Shown here: positions 34,235 to 44,629 of the stretch, one piece after another | Position numbering within the stretch: the first letter of the stretch is position 1 | Layout: each line of letters opens with the position of its first letter | Source: Alphaproteobacteria bacterium | GTDB taxonomy: Bacteria; Pseudomonadota; Alphaproteobacteria; UBA6615 | Length of the DNA stretch: 64,000 bases | Direction: 5' to 3' | Assembly (NCBI GenBank): GCA_022449545.1 | Contig: JAKUPN010000005.1 | Location: 3,897 to 67,896, forward strand | Made by a program: the position numbers and the translations under genes | The notes under the pieces: model-generated | Databases searched by the model: none | What the model saw: only the letters and a program-made list of their open reading frames with translations | What the model was told of the DNA's origin: nothing

Positions 34235-35739
34235 CGATATATCCAGCTAAAAATAATTTTGATAAAACTTACAATTCCAAACAATCACAAGTGGTCTGGA
34301 CAGAACTCGTAGCTGACCTTGAAACTCCGGTCTCAGCAATGATTAAACTCTCCAAAAACCAAAGTTATAGCTTCCTATTGGAATCAGTAGAGGGCGGAGA
34401 TGTTAGAGGTCGCTATTCTGTGCTTGGCATAGATCCAGACTTAATATGGAGATGTTTCGGTGATAATTATGAGCTCGGAAGGATAACAAAAAACAACAAA
34501 TATAAATACCAAAAAAGCAAACAAGGTAGTTTAGATTCATTAGCATCACTCATAAAAAACTCGGAAATTGATTTGCCAAACGAAGTACCACCCTCTGCAG
34601 TTGGATTGTTTGGATATATGGGGTACGACATGGTCCGGTTAATGGAAAATATCCCAGATAAGAATCCTGACGTAATCGGAATACCAGACTCAATATTTAT
34701 TCGTCCAAAAGTAACAGCTGTATTTGATAATGTGACCGATAAAATGACAGTTGTCACCCCAGTATGGTATTCGGAGAAATGTAATAGTGAAGATGCATAT
34801 AGCGATGCCAAAAATAGGTTAGAGAATATTGTTAATAAATTAAAAGCCTCTATCACTGGCCAACTATTCAAAAGTGAGTTCTTACCAGATCAAATTTCAC
34901 CTACCTCGAACACTTCTCAGGAAGAATATTGCTCAATGGTCGAAAAAGCGAAAGAATATATAAGGGCAGGCGAAATCTTCCAAGTTGTGCCATCTCAGAG
35001 ATTTACAGTACCTCTAAACTCATCCCCAATGTCCTTATATCGCTCCCTGAGGAGACTAAATCCTTCACCTTTTTTGTTTATAGTAAACATGGATGATTTT
35101 TCATTGGTTGGCTCTAGTCCAGAAATTTTGGTTAGATTAAGGGAAAATGAAGTAACTATACGACCAATTGCTGGCACTAGACCAAGAGGAAAGAACAAGG
35201 AAGAGGATAATGCACTTGCTGAAGACTTGCTTGCAGATCCAAAAGAAAGAGCAGAGCACTTGATGTTATTAGATTTAGGACGGAACGATGTAGGTCGTGT
35301 ATCAGAGATTGGTTCTGTAAAAGTTACTGAAAGTTACAGTATAGAAAAGTACTCTCATGTCATGCATATTGTTTCGAATGTAAAGGGCCATGCAAAATCA
35401 ACAGTAAATAGCCTAAAAGCACTTGTTGCTGGATTTCCAGCTGGCACTGTTACGGGTGCTCCAAAAATACGCGCAATGGAAATTATAGATGAGTTAGAAA
35501 ATGAAAGAAGGAGTTTCTATGCTGGTGCAATAGGCTACTTTGGGGCAAATGGAGAAATGGATACCTGCATTACGTTGAGAACCGCTTTAATACAAGAAGG
35601 ACAAATGTATGTTCAGGCAGGTGGAGGTGTAGTGGCAGATTCTAACCCTGAATCAGAATACCAGGAAAGCAACAATAAGGCGAAAGCGTTATTGCATGCT
35701 GCGGCTGATTCCTTACGTTATTCATCGATTACAGATTAA
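34231..35739 (+). CDS. trpE: Anthranilate synthase component I
   Basis: Chorismate-binding domain motifs are present: GAIGYFGANGEMDTCITLRTA and AGGGVVADS. There is a 4-nt overlap with ppiD. Confidence 0.9.
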   Translation: MTIYPAKNNFDKTYNSKQSQVVWTELVADLETPVSAMIKLSKNQSYSFLLESVEGGDVRGRYSVLGIDPDLIWRCFGDNYELGRITKNNKYKYQKSKQGSLDSLASLIKNSEIDLPNEVPPSAVGLFGYMGYDMVRLMENIPDKNPDVIGIPDSIFIRPKVTAVFDNVTDKMTVVTPVWYSEKCNSEDAYSDAKNRLENIVNKLKASITGQLFKSEFLPDQISPTSNTSQEEYCSMVEKAKEYIRAGEIFQVVPSQRFTVPLNSSPMSLYRSLRRLNPSPFLFIVNMDDFSLVGSSPEILVRLRENEVTIRPIAGTRPRGKNKEEDNALAEDLLADPKERAEHLMLLDLGRNDVGRVSEIGSVKVTESYSIEKYSHVMHIVSNVKGHAKSTVNSLKALVAGFPAGTVTGAPKIRAMEIIDELENERRSFYAGAIGYFGANGEMDTCITLRTALIQEGQMYVQAGGGVVADSNPESEYQESNNKAKALLHAAADSLRYSSITD

Positions 35740-35851
35740 AAATATTTTTTTAATAAAATTCTAATATTTATTTAGATAAACTGAAATTGATTTGAAAACA
35801 TAACAGTGATACGACAAATGTGTAGTGAAGAGAATCTAATAAGATGTTCAA

Positions 35852-36484
35852 ATGTTTGTGTTAATTGATAACTACGATAGCTTTACTTACAACTTGGTTC
35901 ATTATATCGGCGAACTCGGAAAAGAAGTTAAAGTTATCCGGAATGATGTAATGAGTACGAAAGAAGTGCTATTGCTTTCACCAGAAGCTTTAGTTATATC
36001 ACCCGGCCCCGGAATACCAGATAATTCAGGTATTTGCATAGATCTGGTACAAGAGGCCTCTGAAAATAAAATCCCAGTATTGGGAGTTTGTTTGGGTCAT
36101 CAGATTATAGGACAAGCACTTGGGGCAAATATTATTCGAGCCCCACATCCTATTCACGGTATGGTTGATAAGATATTACACGAAGAAAAACATATTTTTA
36201 AAAACATTCCCTCCCCTCTTTCCGCAACCAGATACCATTCCCTAGTTATTGAACCAAATTCAGTCCCAGATTCATTAGTTGTGAACGCTAAAACAAAAGA
36301 CAACCTTATAATGGGAATAAGTCATAAAGACCTTCCTATACATGGTGTCCAGTTTCATCCTGAAAGTATAGCCACCCTTGAAGGTTATAATTTAATAGCT
36401 AATTTTATTGAAATCGCCACAGGTAAATCTGTTGATATAAACATTTTAAATCGTCTGATTGAAAAACTGGTGCCCCATGGATGA
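35852..36484 (+). CDS. trpG: Anthranilate synthase component II (glutamine amidotransferase)
   Basis: MFVLIDNYDSFTYNL and the catalytic GVCLGHQ. Confidence 0.9.
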   Translation: MFVLIDNYDSFTYNLVHYIGELGKEVKVIRNDVMSTKEVLLLSPEALVISPGPGIPDNSGICIDLVQEASENKIPVLGVCLGHQIIGQALGANIIRAPHPIHGMVDKILHEEKHIFKNIPSPLSATRYHSLVIEPNSVPDSLVVNAKTKDNLIMGISHKDLPIHGVQFHPESIATLEGYNLIANFIEIATGKSVDINILNRLIEKLVPHG

Positions 36485-37505
36485 TAAATCAAACAATATT
36501 AAAGAACTAATTAATCTTGTAGCTGAAGGCCAGAGTTTAAACCAAAAGCAGTCAGAAAACGCATTTGATATCATTATGTCAGGTGAGGCTACCCCCTCAC
36601 AAATTGGTGCATTTCTCATCGCATTAAGAGTGCGCGGAGAAACGGTTGATGAAATTACCGGGGCAGCTCGTATTATGAGAGCAAAAGCCCTTTTGATTAA
36701 TGCACCTGATAACGCGATTGATATTGTTGGAACAGGTGGAGATGCTAAAGGGACACTTAATGTATCAACTGCAGCAAGTTTTGTTGTCGCCGCTTGTGGG
36801 GTCCCCATAGCTAAACACGGAAATCGAGCATTAAGTTCAAAAACCGGTGCTGCTGACGTGCTTTCTGCATTGGGGGTCAATATTGAAGCAAGTTTCGAAT
36901 TAGTTAAAGAGTCAATATGGGAAAACAACATAGGTTTTCTTATGGCGCCTCGTCATCACAGTGCGATGAGAAATGTCGGAGATGTGAGAGTTGAACTCGC
37001 TACCAGGACAATTTTTAATATTCTTGGGCCGTTATCTAACCCTTCACAAGTTAGTAGACAAATGGTTGGGGTCTTTTCTAAAAGATGGGTAGAGCCTCTA
37101 GCAAATGTACTAGGAAATCTAGGCTTAAAACATGCATGGGTAGTTCACGGAGCCGATGGTCTAGATGAGATATCAATAAGTGGTTTATCACACGTGGCCG
37201 AACTCAAAAACGGTCAGGTAAACACATTTAATATAAGCCCTGAAGATGTAGGTTTAAAAAAATCAGGATTAAAAAGCATCCAAGGGGGAGCACCAGATTA
37301 CAATGCAAGAATAATGAAAGAAATGCTGACTGGGAAAAGAAGTGCTTTTCGGGATATAGTTCTATTTAACGCTGCAGCTTCATTAATAGTTGGCGGAAAA
37401 GTAGATAATTTGAAGGACGGTATAAAGATGGCAGTTGAAGCAATTGACAGCGGAGCAGCAATGGCAACTTTGAATAAATTGATTGAAATAACAAATCGAT
37501 CTTAA
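36477..37505 (+). CDS. trpD: Anthranilate phosphoribosyltransferase. The start is chosen at MDDKSNN, overlapping the trpG stop by 8 nt; the track ORF starts at 36459.
   Basis: GTGGD and KHGNRA-type motifs are present: DIVGTGGDAKGTLNVSTAA and PIAKHGNRALSSKTGAADV. Confidence 0.9.
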   Translation: MDDKSNNIKELINLVAEGQSLNQKQSENAFDIIMSGEATPSQIGAFLIALRVRGETVDEITGAARIMRAKALLINAPDNAIDIVGTGGDAKGTLNVSTAASFVVAACGVPIAKHGNRALSSKTGAADVLSALGVNIEASFELVKESIWENNIGFLMAPRHHSAMRNVGDVRVELATRTIFNILGPLSNPSQVSRQMVGVFSKRWVEPLANVLGNLGLKHAWVVHGADGLDEISISGLSHVAELKNGQVNTFNISPEDVGLKKSGLKSIQGGAPDYNARIMKEMLTGKRSAFRDIVLFNAAASLIVGGKVDNLKDGIKMAVEAIDSGAAMATLNKLIEITNRS

Positions 37506-37528
37506 ACAACGTAAATTGAGATAAAGAA

Positions 37529-38320
37529 ATGACAGACGTGCTTACCAAAATATGCGATGACAAGCACATACATATAAACAAGCAGAAAGCTGTTTTCTCT
37601 CAGGCAAATCAAGAAGAATTTGCTAGCAAAGCGGATAAAACACGTGGATTTGCAAAACGGCTTTCGGAGATATCAAAATCTAGTAAGTATGGAGTGATTG
37701 CAGAAATTAAAAAAGCTAGTCCAAGTAGAGGATTAATTAGAAAAAACTTTGATGCAGCTAAAATAGCGTTCGAGTACCAATCAGGTGGAGCAGCATGTGT
37801 ATCCGTCCTAACTGATGAGCCCTACTTTAAGGGTAAGGATTCAGATCTAGTTAACGCTAAGAAGGCAGTGACATTGCCTGTGCTTAGAAAGGATTTTATA
37901 ATTGATAGCTATCAAATTCCCGAATCAAGAGCACTAGGTGCCGATTGTATATTATTGATTGTCGCTGCACTTGATAGCCTTCTGGCAAAGGAGTTGGCTA
38001 TCCAAGCACACGAATGGGATATGGATGTTTTAATAGAAGTGCACAACATAGAAGAATTAGAGAAAGCACTATTAATAGAGTCAGATTTGATAGGGATTAA
38101 TAACCGAAATCTAAAATCACTTGAGGTGGACATTTCTACGACTGAAAATTTAGCCCCCCTCGTTCCTAAAGAAAGAATTACTGTCTCGGAAAGTGGTTTA
38201 TTCACGGCTGATGATTTGAAAAGAATGTCTAATAAAGGCGTTAATTGCTTTCTCATAGGAGAAGCACTTATGCGGCAAAAAAACATATCAAGCTCTCTAA
38301 AACAATTGCTTGAAAGTTAA
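37529..38320 (+). CDS. trpC: Indole-3-glycerol phosphate synthase
   Basis: VIAEIKKASPSRGLI and the TIM-barrel motifs of IGPS. Confidence 0.9.
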   Translation: MTDVLTKICDDKHIHINKQKAVFSQANQEEFASKADKTRGFAKRLSEISKSSKYGVIAEIKKASPSRGLIRKNFDAAKIAFEYQSGGAACVSVLTDEPYFKGKDSDLVNAKKAVTLPVLRKDFIIDSYQIPESRALGADCILLIVAALDSLLAKELAIQAHEWDMDVLIEVHNIEELEKALLIESDLIGINNRNLKSLEVDISTTENLAPLVPKERITVSESGLFTADDLKRMSNKGVNCFLIGEALMRQKNISSSLKQLLES

Positions 38321-38344
38321 ATTTTCTATTGGAAATTATATAAA

Positions 38345-38836
38345 ATGAATCAAAAAGATAGATTTGAGCTTAGTCATATTGATTCAGATGGATCTGCTAA
38401 AATGGTAGACATCTCCGATAAGGCTATTACTGATAGGACAGCCACCGCTAGTTGCAGGGTTATTGTTGGACCTAGTACACTCTCCCTAATAAAGGAAAAA
38501 AGCCTTAAAAAGGGTGATGTTCTCTCCATAGCTCGACTAGCTGGAATTATGGGAGCAAAAAAAACATCAGATTTAATTCCTTTGTGTCATCCATTAAACC
38601 TGACTTCAATTGAAGTCGAATTAAACCTTGATCTCACTGGAAGCTCCATCGAAGTATTAGCAACTGCAAAAATAAGTGGGAAAACAGGTGTTGAGATGGA
38701 AGCACTTACTGCTGTCACAATAGCGGCCCTAACCATTTATGATATGGTTAAGGCTGTAGATAAAGCAACCTCAATAACAGACATCCGTCTCTTACACAAA
38801 GCAGGCGGAAAATCTACGGATTATATTTCTAACTAA
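38345..38836 (+). CDS. moaC: Cyclic pyranopterin monophosphate synthase MoaC
   Basis: KMVDISDKAITDRTA and the TGVEMEALTAV motif. Confidence 0.9.
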   Translation: MNQKDRFELSHIDSDGSAKMVDISDKAITDRTATASCRVIVGPSTLSLIKEKSLKKGDVLSIARLAGIMGAKKTSDLIPLCHPLNLTSIEVELNLDLTGSSIEVLATAKISGKTGVEMEALTAVTIAALTIYDMVKAVDKATSITDIRLLHKAGGKSTDYISN

Positions 38837-38845
38837 GAGAATTAA

Positions 38846-40060
38846 ATGATTAGTGTTGCTAACGCGCGTAAAAATATACTGTCCGATCAAGAGATAATGC
38901 CTTCGGAATTGATATCTTTAAATGAGGCATTAGGAAGAGTTTTGGCAGAAGACATATCTGCCAGAAGACCTCAACCACCCCTATCGGTATCAGCTATGGA
39001 CGGCTACGCTGTAATAGCAAAGGACGTAAAAAATGTCCCTGTAACACTAGAAGTTATTGACACTATAGCGGCTGGTAAAACACCATCTAAAAAAATAAAA
39101 ACAGGTGAGGCAATTAGAATCTTTACTGGTGCCCCCATGCCCCTAGGATCCGACGCTGTTGTTATACAAGAAAACACTGAAAAAAGTGGTAGCAAAATTA
39201 TTGTAAAAGAGAACGTAACCTCCGGGAAATACATTCGTCCTGAAGGCCTGGATTTTAAACAAGGAAATACATTACTTACCGCTGGCAAAGTCTTATCAGC
39301 AAGGGATGTAGGCCTTATAGCTGCTATGAATGTGTCTTGGCTTAAGGTGATGCGCCGCCCAACAGTTGCTATTATAGCGACAGGAGACGAAATAGTTTTA
39401 CCCGGAGACAATCAAAAATCATCGGATATTGTTAGCTCTAATACATTTGCCTTAGCTGGTCTTATCGAAGCGTCTGGAGGAATACCCCTAACATTAGGGA
39501 TAGCTAAAGATGAAATTGAATCTATTAGAAAGATATCAGAGGGTGCTAAAGGTGCTGATATATTAGTTACGACGGGCGGAGCATCTGTCGGTGAACACGA
39601 CCTTGTTCAGTCAGCGCTTACGGAAATTGGTTTAAAAATTAAATTTTGGAAAATTGCTATGCGTCCTGGAAAGCCATTGATATATGGACACCTAAACAAT
39701 ATTCCTATGCTCGGGTTCCCAGGAAACCCTGTGTCATCGATGGTCTGTGCTGTACTCTTTTTAAAGCCGGTCCTAGCATCCATGCTAGGACTTAGAGAAG
39801 TAGAGCCAAAATTAGAAAATGGTCTACTTGGAAAAGACTTAGATGAAAATGATCATCGTGAAGAGTATTTGAGGGCAACTATATCAATAGATGATGGAGG
39901 AAACAAAGTAGTAACTCCATTTCCGGTTCAAGATAGCTCTATGTTTTCTCGCTTAGCAATGTCTGATTGTCTGATAGTTAGAGCGCCGTATGCAGAAAAA
40001 GCATGTATCAATGATACAGTATCTTACATTGATCTAAGTACTGGGATGATAAAAGTATAA
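38846..40060 (+). CDS. moeA: Molybdopterin molybdenumtransferase MoeA
   Basis: The MoeA N-terminal domain is followed by a MoCF_biosynth domain (ILVTTGGASVGEHD). Confidence 0.85.
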   Translation: MISVANARKNILSDQEIMPSELISLNEALGRVLAEDISARRPQPPLSVSAMDGYAVIAKDVKNVPVTLEVIDTIAAGKTPSKKIKTGEAIRIFTGAPMPLGSDAVVIQENTEKSGSKIIVKENVTSGKYIRPEGLDFKQGNTLLTAGKVLSARDVGLIAAMNVSWLKVMRRPTVAIIATGDEIVLPGDNQKSSDIVSSNTFALAGLIEASGGIPLTLGIAKDEIESIRKISEGAKGADILVTTGGASVGEHDLVQSALTEIGLKIKFWKIAMRPGKPLIYGHLNNIPMLGFPGNPVSSMVCAVLFLKPVLASMLGLREVEPKLENGLLGKDLDENDHREEYLRATISIDDGGNKVVTPFPVQDSSMFSRLAMSDCLIVRAPYAEKACINDTVSYIDLSTGMIKV

Positions 40061-40126
40061 ATATTATCATTAATATAAGACTACATTTTTCTTAAATATA
40101 TTAATTTTAAGCTTGACGCAAAAAAA

Positions 40127-40141
40127 GAACATCACTAGAAC
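40127..40141. promoter_or_regulatory. Candidate alphaproteobacterial LexA box GAAC-N7-GAAC (equivalently GTTC-N7-GTTC on the other strand), about 70 bp upstream of lexA
   Basis: The exact sequence is GAACatcactaGAAC. A degenerate second copy, GTTTtatgtttGTTC, lies at 40152..40166. Confidence 0.6.
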
Positions 40142-40210
40142 ATAGCTGAATGTTTTATGTTTGTTCTCAATTTTAGTTAATTTTATGGCCATAATAGAGG
40201 CTTTGATGAA

Positions 40211-40900
40211 ATGTTAACCCGCAAGCAGCATGAATTGTTGTTATTCATTAATAAAAAATTGTTAGAAACTGGCGTAGCTCCTTCGTTTGATGAAATGAAA
40301 GAAGCTTTATCACTAAAATCTAAATCTGGAATTCACAGACTAATATCAGGATTAGAAGAAAGAAGGTTTATAGCCAGACTACCACACCGGGCAAGAGCTC
40401 TAGAAGTTCTGCGCTTACCAGATGATGTATCTATTACCTCTGATCAAAAGTTTTCTCCTAGGGTCATTCAAGGAGGTATTGACTTAAATAATAGAAAAAC
40501 GGCAAGAAAATTAAAAACTCCAATTCAAGTACCTATGCTAGGCCGAATAGCTGCAGGCACACCAATAGAAGCTCTATCAGATCCTACCCGGTTCATTAGT
40601 GTTCCATCAGATTTGCTCGGACGAGGAGAGTATTACTGCTTGGAAGTAGATGGCGATTCGATGATAGAAGCAGGTATTCTTGATGGGGATACAGTTCTTA
40701 TAGAAAGAACTGATATAGCTGAGAATGGTACTATAGTCGTTGCACTCGTTGAGGGTAGCGAAGTTACGCTTAAAAGGTTACGAAAAAGGCATAATTCTGT
40801 TGCGCTTGAGCCTGCCAATACTAATTACGAAACCCGAATATTTGGACCTGATCAAGTCGAAATTCAGGGAAAATTAAAAGGATTAGTCCGCAGCTATTGA
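40211..40900 (+). CDS. lexA: LexA repressor
   Basis: There is an N-terminal winged HTH and a C-terminal S24 peptidase domain with the Ser nucleophile (CLEVDGDSM) and catalytic Lys (VTLKRL). The long linker is typical of alphaproteobacterial LexA. Confidence 0.9.
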   Translation: MLTRKQHELLLFINKKLLETGVAPSFDEMKEALSLKSKSGIHRLISGLEERRFIARLPHRARALEVLRLPDDVSITSDQKFSPRVIQGGIDLNNRKTARKLKTPIQVPMLGRIAAGTPIEALSDPTRFISVPSDLLGRGEYYCLEVDGDSMIEAGILDGDTVLIERTDIAENGTIVVALVEGSEVTLKRLRKRHNSVALEPANTNYETRIFGPDQVEIQGKLKGLVRSY

Positions 40901-41069
40901 AGAGTTAAAAATAACATCATTAAAAGTATCTCAAATACATCGAATTACGAATCCATGCTATAATAGCTTGTTGATTTATAAGGTGCTAAATCCGTAATTT
41001 TTTAGAATCATTCTTAATACAAAAAAAATTGGTTTTTGTTCAATTTCGAACGAAAGGTTAATTAGTTAA

Positions 41070-42473
41070 ATGAAAGTAGTAACTCGATTTGCTCCTTCTC
41101 CTACTGGCTATCTACATATAGGAGGTGCAAGAACAGCCTTGTTTAACTGGCTTTTTGCGAAACACCATGAAGGTCAGTTCCTTTTGCGAATAGAAGACAC
41201 TGACAGAAGACGATCAACAAGTGACGCTGTTGATAAGATATTCTCAGGACTAAAATGGCTTGGTATTGAATGTGATGAACCACCAGTATTTCAGTCAAGT
41301 AACTCAACACGTCATATAGAAATAGCGCAAAAACTTCTTAATCAGGGCAAAGCTTATAGATGTTTTTGCACTCAAGATGATTTAACAGAAATGAGAAAAA
41401 AGGCTAGGTCAGAAGGGAAAACACGGCTATATGATAGACGTTGTAGAGATTATAAACCAACAGAATCAGAACTAAATAACTCTTCATCAATTCGAATAAA
41501 AATGCCAACAGAAGGCAAAACTCTTATTAATGATATAGTTCAGGGTGATGTAAAGGTATCAAACGATAACTTAGATGACTTTATAATTATACGACCCGAC
41601 GGAACGCCAACATACATGTTGGCCGTCGTAGTAGATGACCATGATATGGGGATTACTCATATCATACGCGGTGACGACCATTTAAATAACGCATTTCGAC
41701 AATTACATTTGTTTCATGCTTGTGATTGGACTGTTCCTAAACTTGCACATATTCCATTAATACACGGCAGTGATGGAGCAAAGCTCTCAAAACGTGATGG
41801 TTCACTGGGTGTTGAATCATATGAAAAAATGGGAATTCTTAAAGATGCAATGAATAATTATTTACTTCGTTTAGGTTGGTCTCATGGAAACGAAGAAATT
41901 ATTTCTAGAGATAAAGCCATTGAATGGTTCAATTTAAACTCTATTGGTCGATCTCCCTCGAGATTTGACACGGAAAAATTATTAAATTTGAATACACATT
42001 ACATTCGTAATAGCTCTAATAAAGAACTAATTAGTTATATACTTCCAATAATTTTCCAATTAATGGGTTCAGAAATAAGCTCAATTGCAATCGACCGCAT
42101 TGAGAGAGGAATGCCTGGTTTAAAACAGAGATCTAAAAGTCTTATCGAATTAGCGCGAAGTTCATTAATATATAATACGGAAATGCCTATTTTAATTCAA
42201 AAAGATGCTGCTGAACATTTGAATCCCAAAAACATAAGCCTCTTATCATGTCTTCATCAAAATATGAAAAAAATGGGCAAATGGGATCATGATTCCCTTG
42301 AAGAAATAGTTCGAGAAACAGCAGAGGACAACAATATTAAACTAAGGCAAATGGCACAACCACTAAGAGTAGCTCTAACAGGCTCCACTGTATCACCCAG
42401 CATTTTTGAAGTTATGGAGGTTTTTGGCAAAGATGAGACGTTAAATAGGTTAAAAACTGTAACAAAAGTCTAA
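41070..42473 (+). CDS. gltX: Glutamyl-tRNA synthetase
   Basis: RFAPSPTGYLHIGGARTAL provides the HIGH-type motif and LSKR provides the KMSKS-like motif. Confidence 0.9.
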   Translation: MKVVTRFAPSPTGYLHIGGARTALFNWLFAKHHEGQFLLRIEDTDRRRSTSDAVDKIFSGLKWLGIECDEPPVFQSSNSTRHIEIAQKLLNQGKAYRCFCTQDDLTEMRKKARSEGKTRLYDRRCRDYKPTESELNNSSSIRIKMPTEGKTLINDIVQGDVKVSNDNLDDFIIIRPDGTPTYMLAVVVDDHDMGITHIIRGDDHLNNAFRQLHLFHACDWTVPKLAHIPLIHGSDGAKLSKRDGSLGVESYEKMGILKDAMNNYLLRLGWSHGNEEIISRDKAIEWFNLNSIGRSPSRFDTEKLLNLNTHYIRNSSNKELISYILPIIFQLMGSEISSIAIDRIERGMPGLKQRSKSLIELARSSLIYNTEMPILIQKDAAEHLNPKNISLLSCLHQNMKKMGKWDHDSLEEIVRETAEDNNIKLRQMAQPLRVALTGSTVSPSIFEVMEVFGKDETLNRLKTVTKV

Positions 42474-42608
42474 CCAATTTCCTATTAAAGTTGTTTAATC
42501 TAGATTGCTCTTATGCATATCTGCAATTAGAGTGCGCTAAAGTGAAATTTAATCTACTACTGGGAGCCTTAATCCACTATATTTCTGGTAATTAGGGGTA
42601 ATAGAGAT

Positions 42609-43916
42609 ATGAATGATAGCAATACCAAAGAAACTGTTTCAATAACAATAAACAGCACCGGTGAAACTATTGAACTACCGATTCTTGATGGAACTCAGGG
42701 TCCTCAGGTAATAGATGTACGACAATTATATTCAAAGACAGGTATGTTCACGTATGATCCTAGTTACACAAGCACTGCGAGTTGTGATTCTTCTATGACG
42801 TATATAGATGGTGAGGAAGGCATTCTTCGTCACGCAGGATACACTATAGAGGAACTTACTGAAAAAAGCTCATTCCTAGAAGTTTGCTATTTATTACTTC
42901 ACGGCGAATTACCAAATTTATCAGAAATGCAGGACTTTGAAAGAACTATAACCAATCACACTATGGTTCATGATCAATTACAGTTTCTATATCGTGGTTT
43001 CAGAAGAGACGCTCATCCTATGGCAGTAATGATTGGTGTCGTAGGTGCTATGTCTGCATTCTACCATGACTCAACCGACATATCTAATCCACAACAGCGC
43101 CTAATAGCCAGTCATAGATTAATTGCTAAAATGCCTACCATGGCGGCAATGGCATATAAATATTCTATTGGACAACCGTTTGTATACCCACGTAATGAAT
43201 TAAGCTATGCCGAGAATTTTTTACATATGACTTTTGGAGTACCAGCTGAAGAATACAGTTGCAGTCCAGTAATTTCACGAGCACTTGATCGTATATTTAT
43301 ACTACACGCCGATCACGAACAGAACGCATCTACCTCAACAGTTAGACTAGCTGGTTCATCAGGTGCAAATCCTTTTGCTTGTATAGCGGCAGGAATTGCG
43401 ACTCTATGGGGGCCAGCACATGGCGGAGCAAATGAAGCAGTCTTAGAAATGCTATCAGAAATAGGTAGCAAGGAAAGAATACCAGAGTTTTTAGAAAAAG
43501 CTAAGAACAAGGATGATCCTTTCAGACTAATGGGGTTTGGTCATCGAGTATATAAAAATTACGATCCACGAGCCGGCGTTCTAAAGCCTGCAGCATATGA
43601 AGTTCTAGAAGAAGTTGGTATACAAAATCCATTAATGGAACTTGCTTTGGAACTAGAGAGGTTAGCGTTGGAAGATGACTACTTCGTTGAACGCAAATTA
43701 TTTCCTAACGTCGACTTCTACTCAGGAATAATTCTGAGTGCAATAGGATTCCCCACAAGTATGTTCACTGTCTTATTTACCTTAGCTCGGGCAGTTGGAT
43801 GGATTGCCCAATGGAAAGAAATGATAGAGGATCCTGGACAAAGAATTGGGAGACCAAGACAATTGTATTTAGGTCATGCTGAACGAAAATTTGTTCCTAT
43901 TGACGAAAGAAATTAA
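42609..43916 (+). CDS. gltA: Citrate synthase (type II, hexameric-like)
   Basis: [14 protein letters not shown] and the catalytic His/Asp region. It is 435 aa. Confidence 0.9.
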   Translation: MNDSNTKETVSITINSTGETIELPILDGTQGPQVIDVRQLYSKTGMFTYDPSYTSTASCDSSMTYIDGEEGILRHAGYTIEELTEKSSFLEVCYLLLHGELPNLSEMQDFERTITNHTMVHDQLQFLYRGFRRDAHPMAVMIGVVGAMSAFYHDSTDISNPQQRLIASHRLIAKMPTMAAMAYKYSIGQPFVYPRNELSYAENFLHMTFGVPAEEYSCSPVISRALDRIFILHADHEQNASTSTVRLAGSSGANPFACIAAGIATLWGPAHGGANEAVLEMLSEIGSKERIPEFLEKAKNKDDPFRLMGFGHRVYKNYDPRAGVLKPAAYEVLEEVGIQNPLMELALELERLALEDDYFVERKLFPNVDFYSGIILSAIGFPTSMFTVLFTLARAVGWIAQWKEMIEDPGQRIGRPRQLYLGHAERKFVPIDERN

Positions 43917-43931
43917 ACACAAAACAATGAT

Positions 43932-44135
43932 ATGAATATAGATTCCAAGAATAACGAATCAGAATATAAAACCCTAAACTTTAAACAGGTCACTCTATCT
44001 GATCGTTGGTCGCCTCTTGTAAAAGGTCCAAATGAAAATATTTATCAACCAGAAAATCGTATTCAACGTACACTAATTTGTGCACTTTGTTTATTACTAG
44101 TAGGTATTATTCTATGGTCTTTACAAGTTCTTTAG
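43932..44135 (+). CDS. Hypothetical 67-aa protein with a C-terminal TM anchor
   Basis: It is an ORF only. The C-terminal hydrophobic segment is LICALCLLLVGIILWSL. Confidence 0.25.
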   Translation: MNIDSKNNESEYKTLNFKQVTLSDRWSPLVKGPNENIYQPENRIQRTLICALCLLLVGIILWSLQVL

Positions 44136-44137
44136 TT

Positions 44138-44629
44138 TTATTTTTTACTAAAAGAGCCACCGTCTTTATGAGTAAAAACCGGTTTTCCGTTTACAACAGT
44201 ATTTAACATATCTATGTCAGGATACGTAACCACTTCGTTTTTTGGCCGATCGCCTATTTCTATATACCACGCATCAGAGTTGGAAAAATTTGCAACTTGA
44301 TGCCCATTTGGTAGTCCTGCAGGAAATCCTGCAGACATTCCTTCAGTCATTTCTGTATGACCTTCATCACTTATAAGTGTAAGTGTTCCCGACAGAACAT
44401 ATATAAATTCATCTTGTTTTGTATGCCAATGTCTTGCCGATGAAAATGCACCTGACTCCAAACAAACTACGTTAACTCCAAACTTTGTTAATCCAAGTGC
44501 ATTGGACACTCTATGTCGATGTCTTCCTCTAACAATTCGATCAAATGGTTTTGGGTAAAGTGATGAACTATCCGGTGCAATAGAAAGGGTATCTGTTAAA
44601 AGAATTTTGTTATCTTTATTTTTAGTCAT
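44138..44629 (-). CDS. Cupin-domain protein (cupin_2-like)
   Basis: 163 aa with the two-motif cupin signature (HWHTKQDEFIYVLSGT ... GHQVAN). Its stop overlaps the start of upstream gloA (ATGA), so the two are translationally coupled. Confidence 0.7.
   Translation of the reverse strand: MTKNKDNKILLTDTLSIAPDSSSLYPKPFDRIVRGRHRHRVSNALGLTKFGVNVVCLESGAFSSARHWHTKQDEFIYVLSGTLTLISDEGHTEMTEGMSAGFPAGLPNGHQVANFSNSDAWYIEIGDRPKNEVVTYPDIDMLNTVVNGKPVFTHKDGGSFSKK

Noticed and set aside
36446-36931. 161-aa minus-strand ORF inside trpD
   Set aside because: It is antisense to the conserved GTGGD region of anthranilate phosphoribosyltransferase.
40901-41069. GTTCaatttcGAAC dyad upstream of gltX
   Set aside because: It is an inverted repeat with an N6 spacer, not the direct GTTC-N7-GTTC LexA operator. 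It is more likely a chance palindrome around a TTCGAA site.
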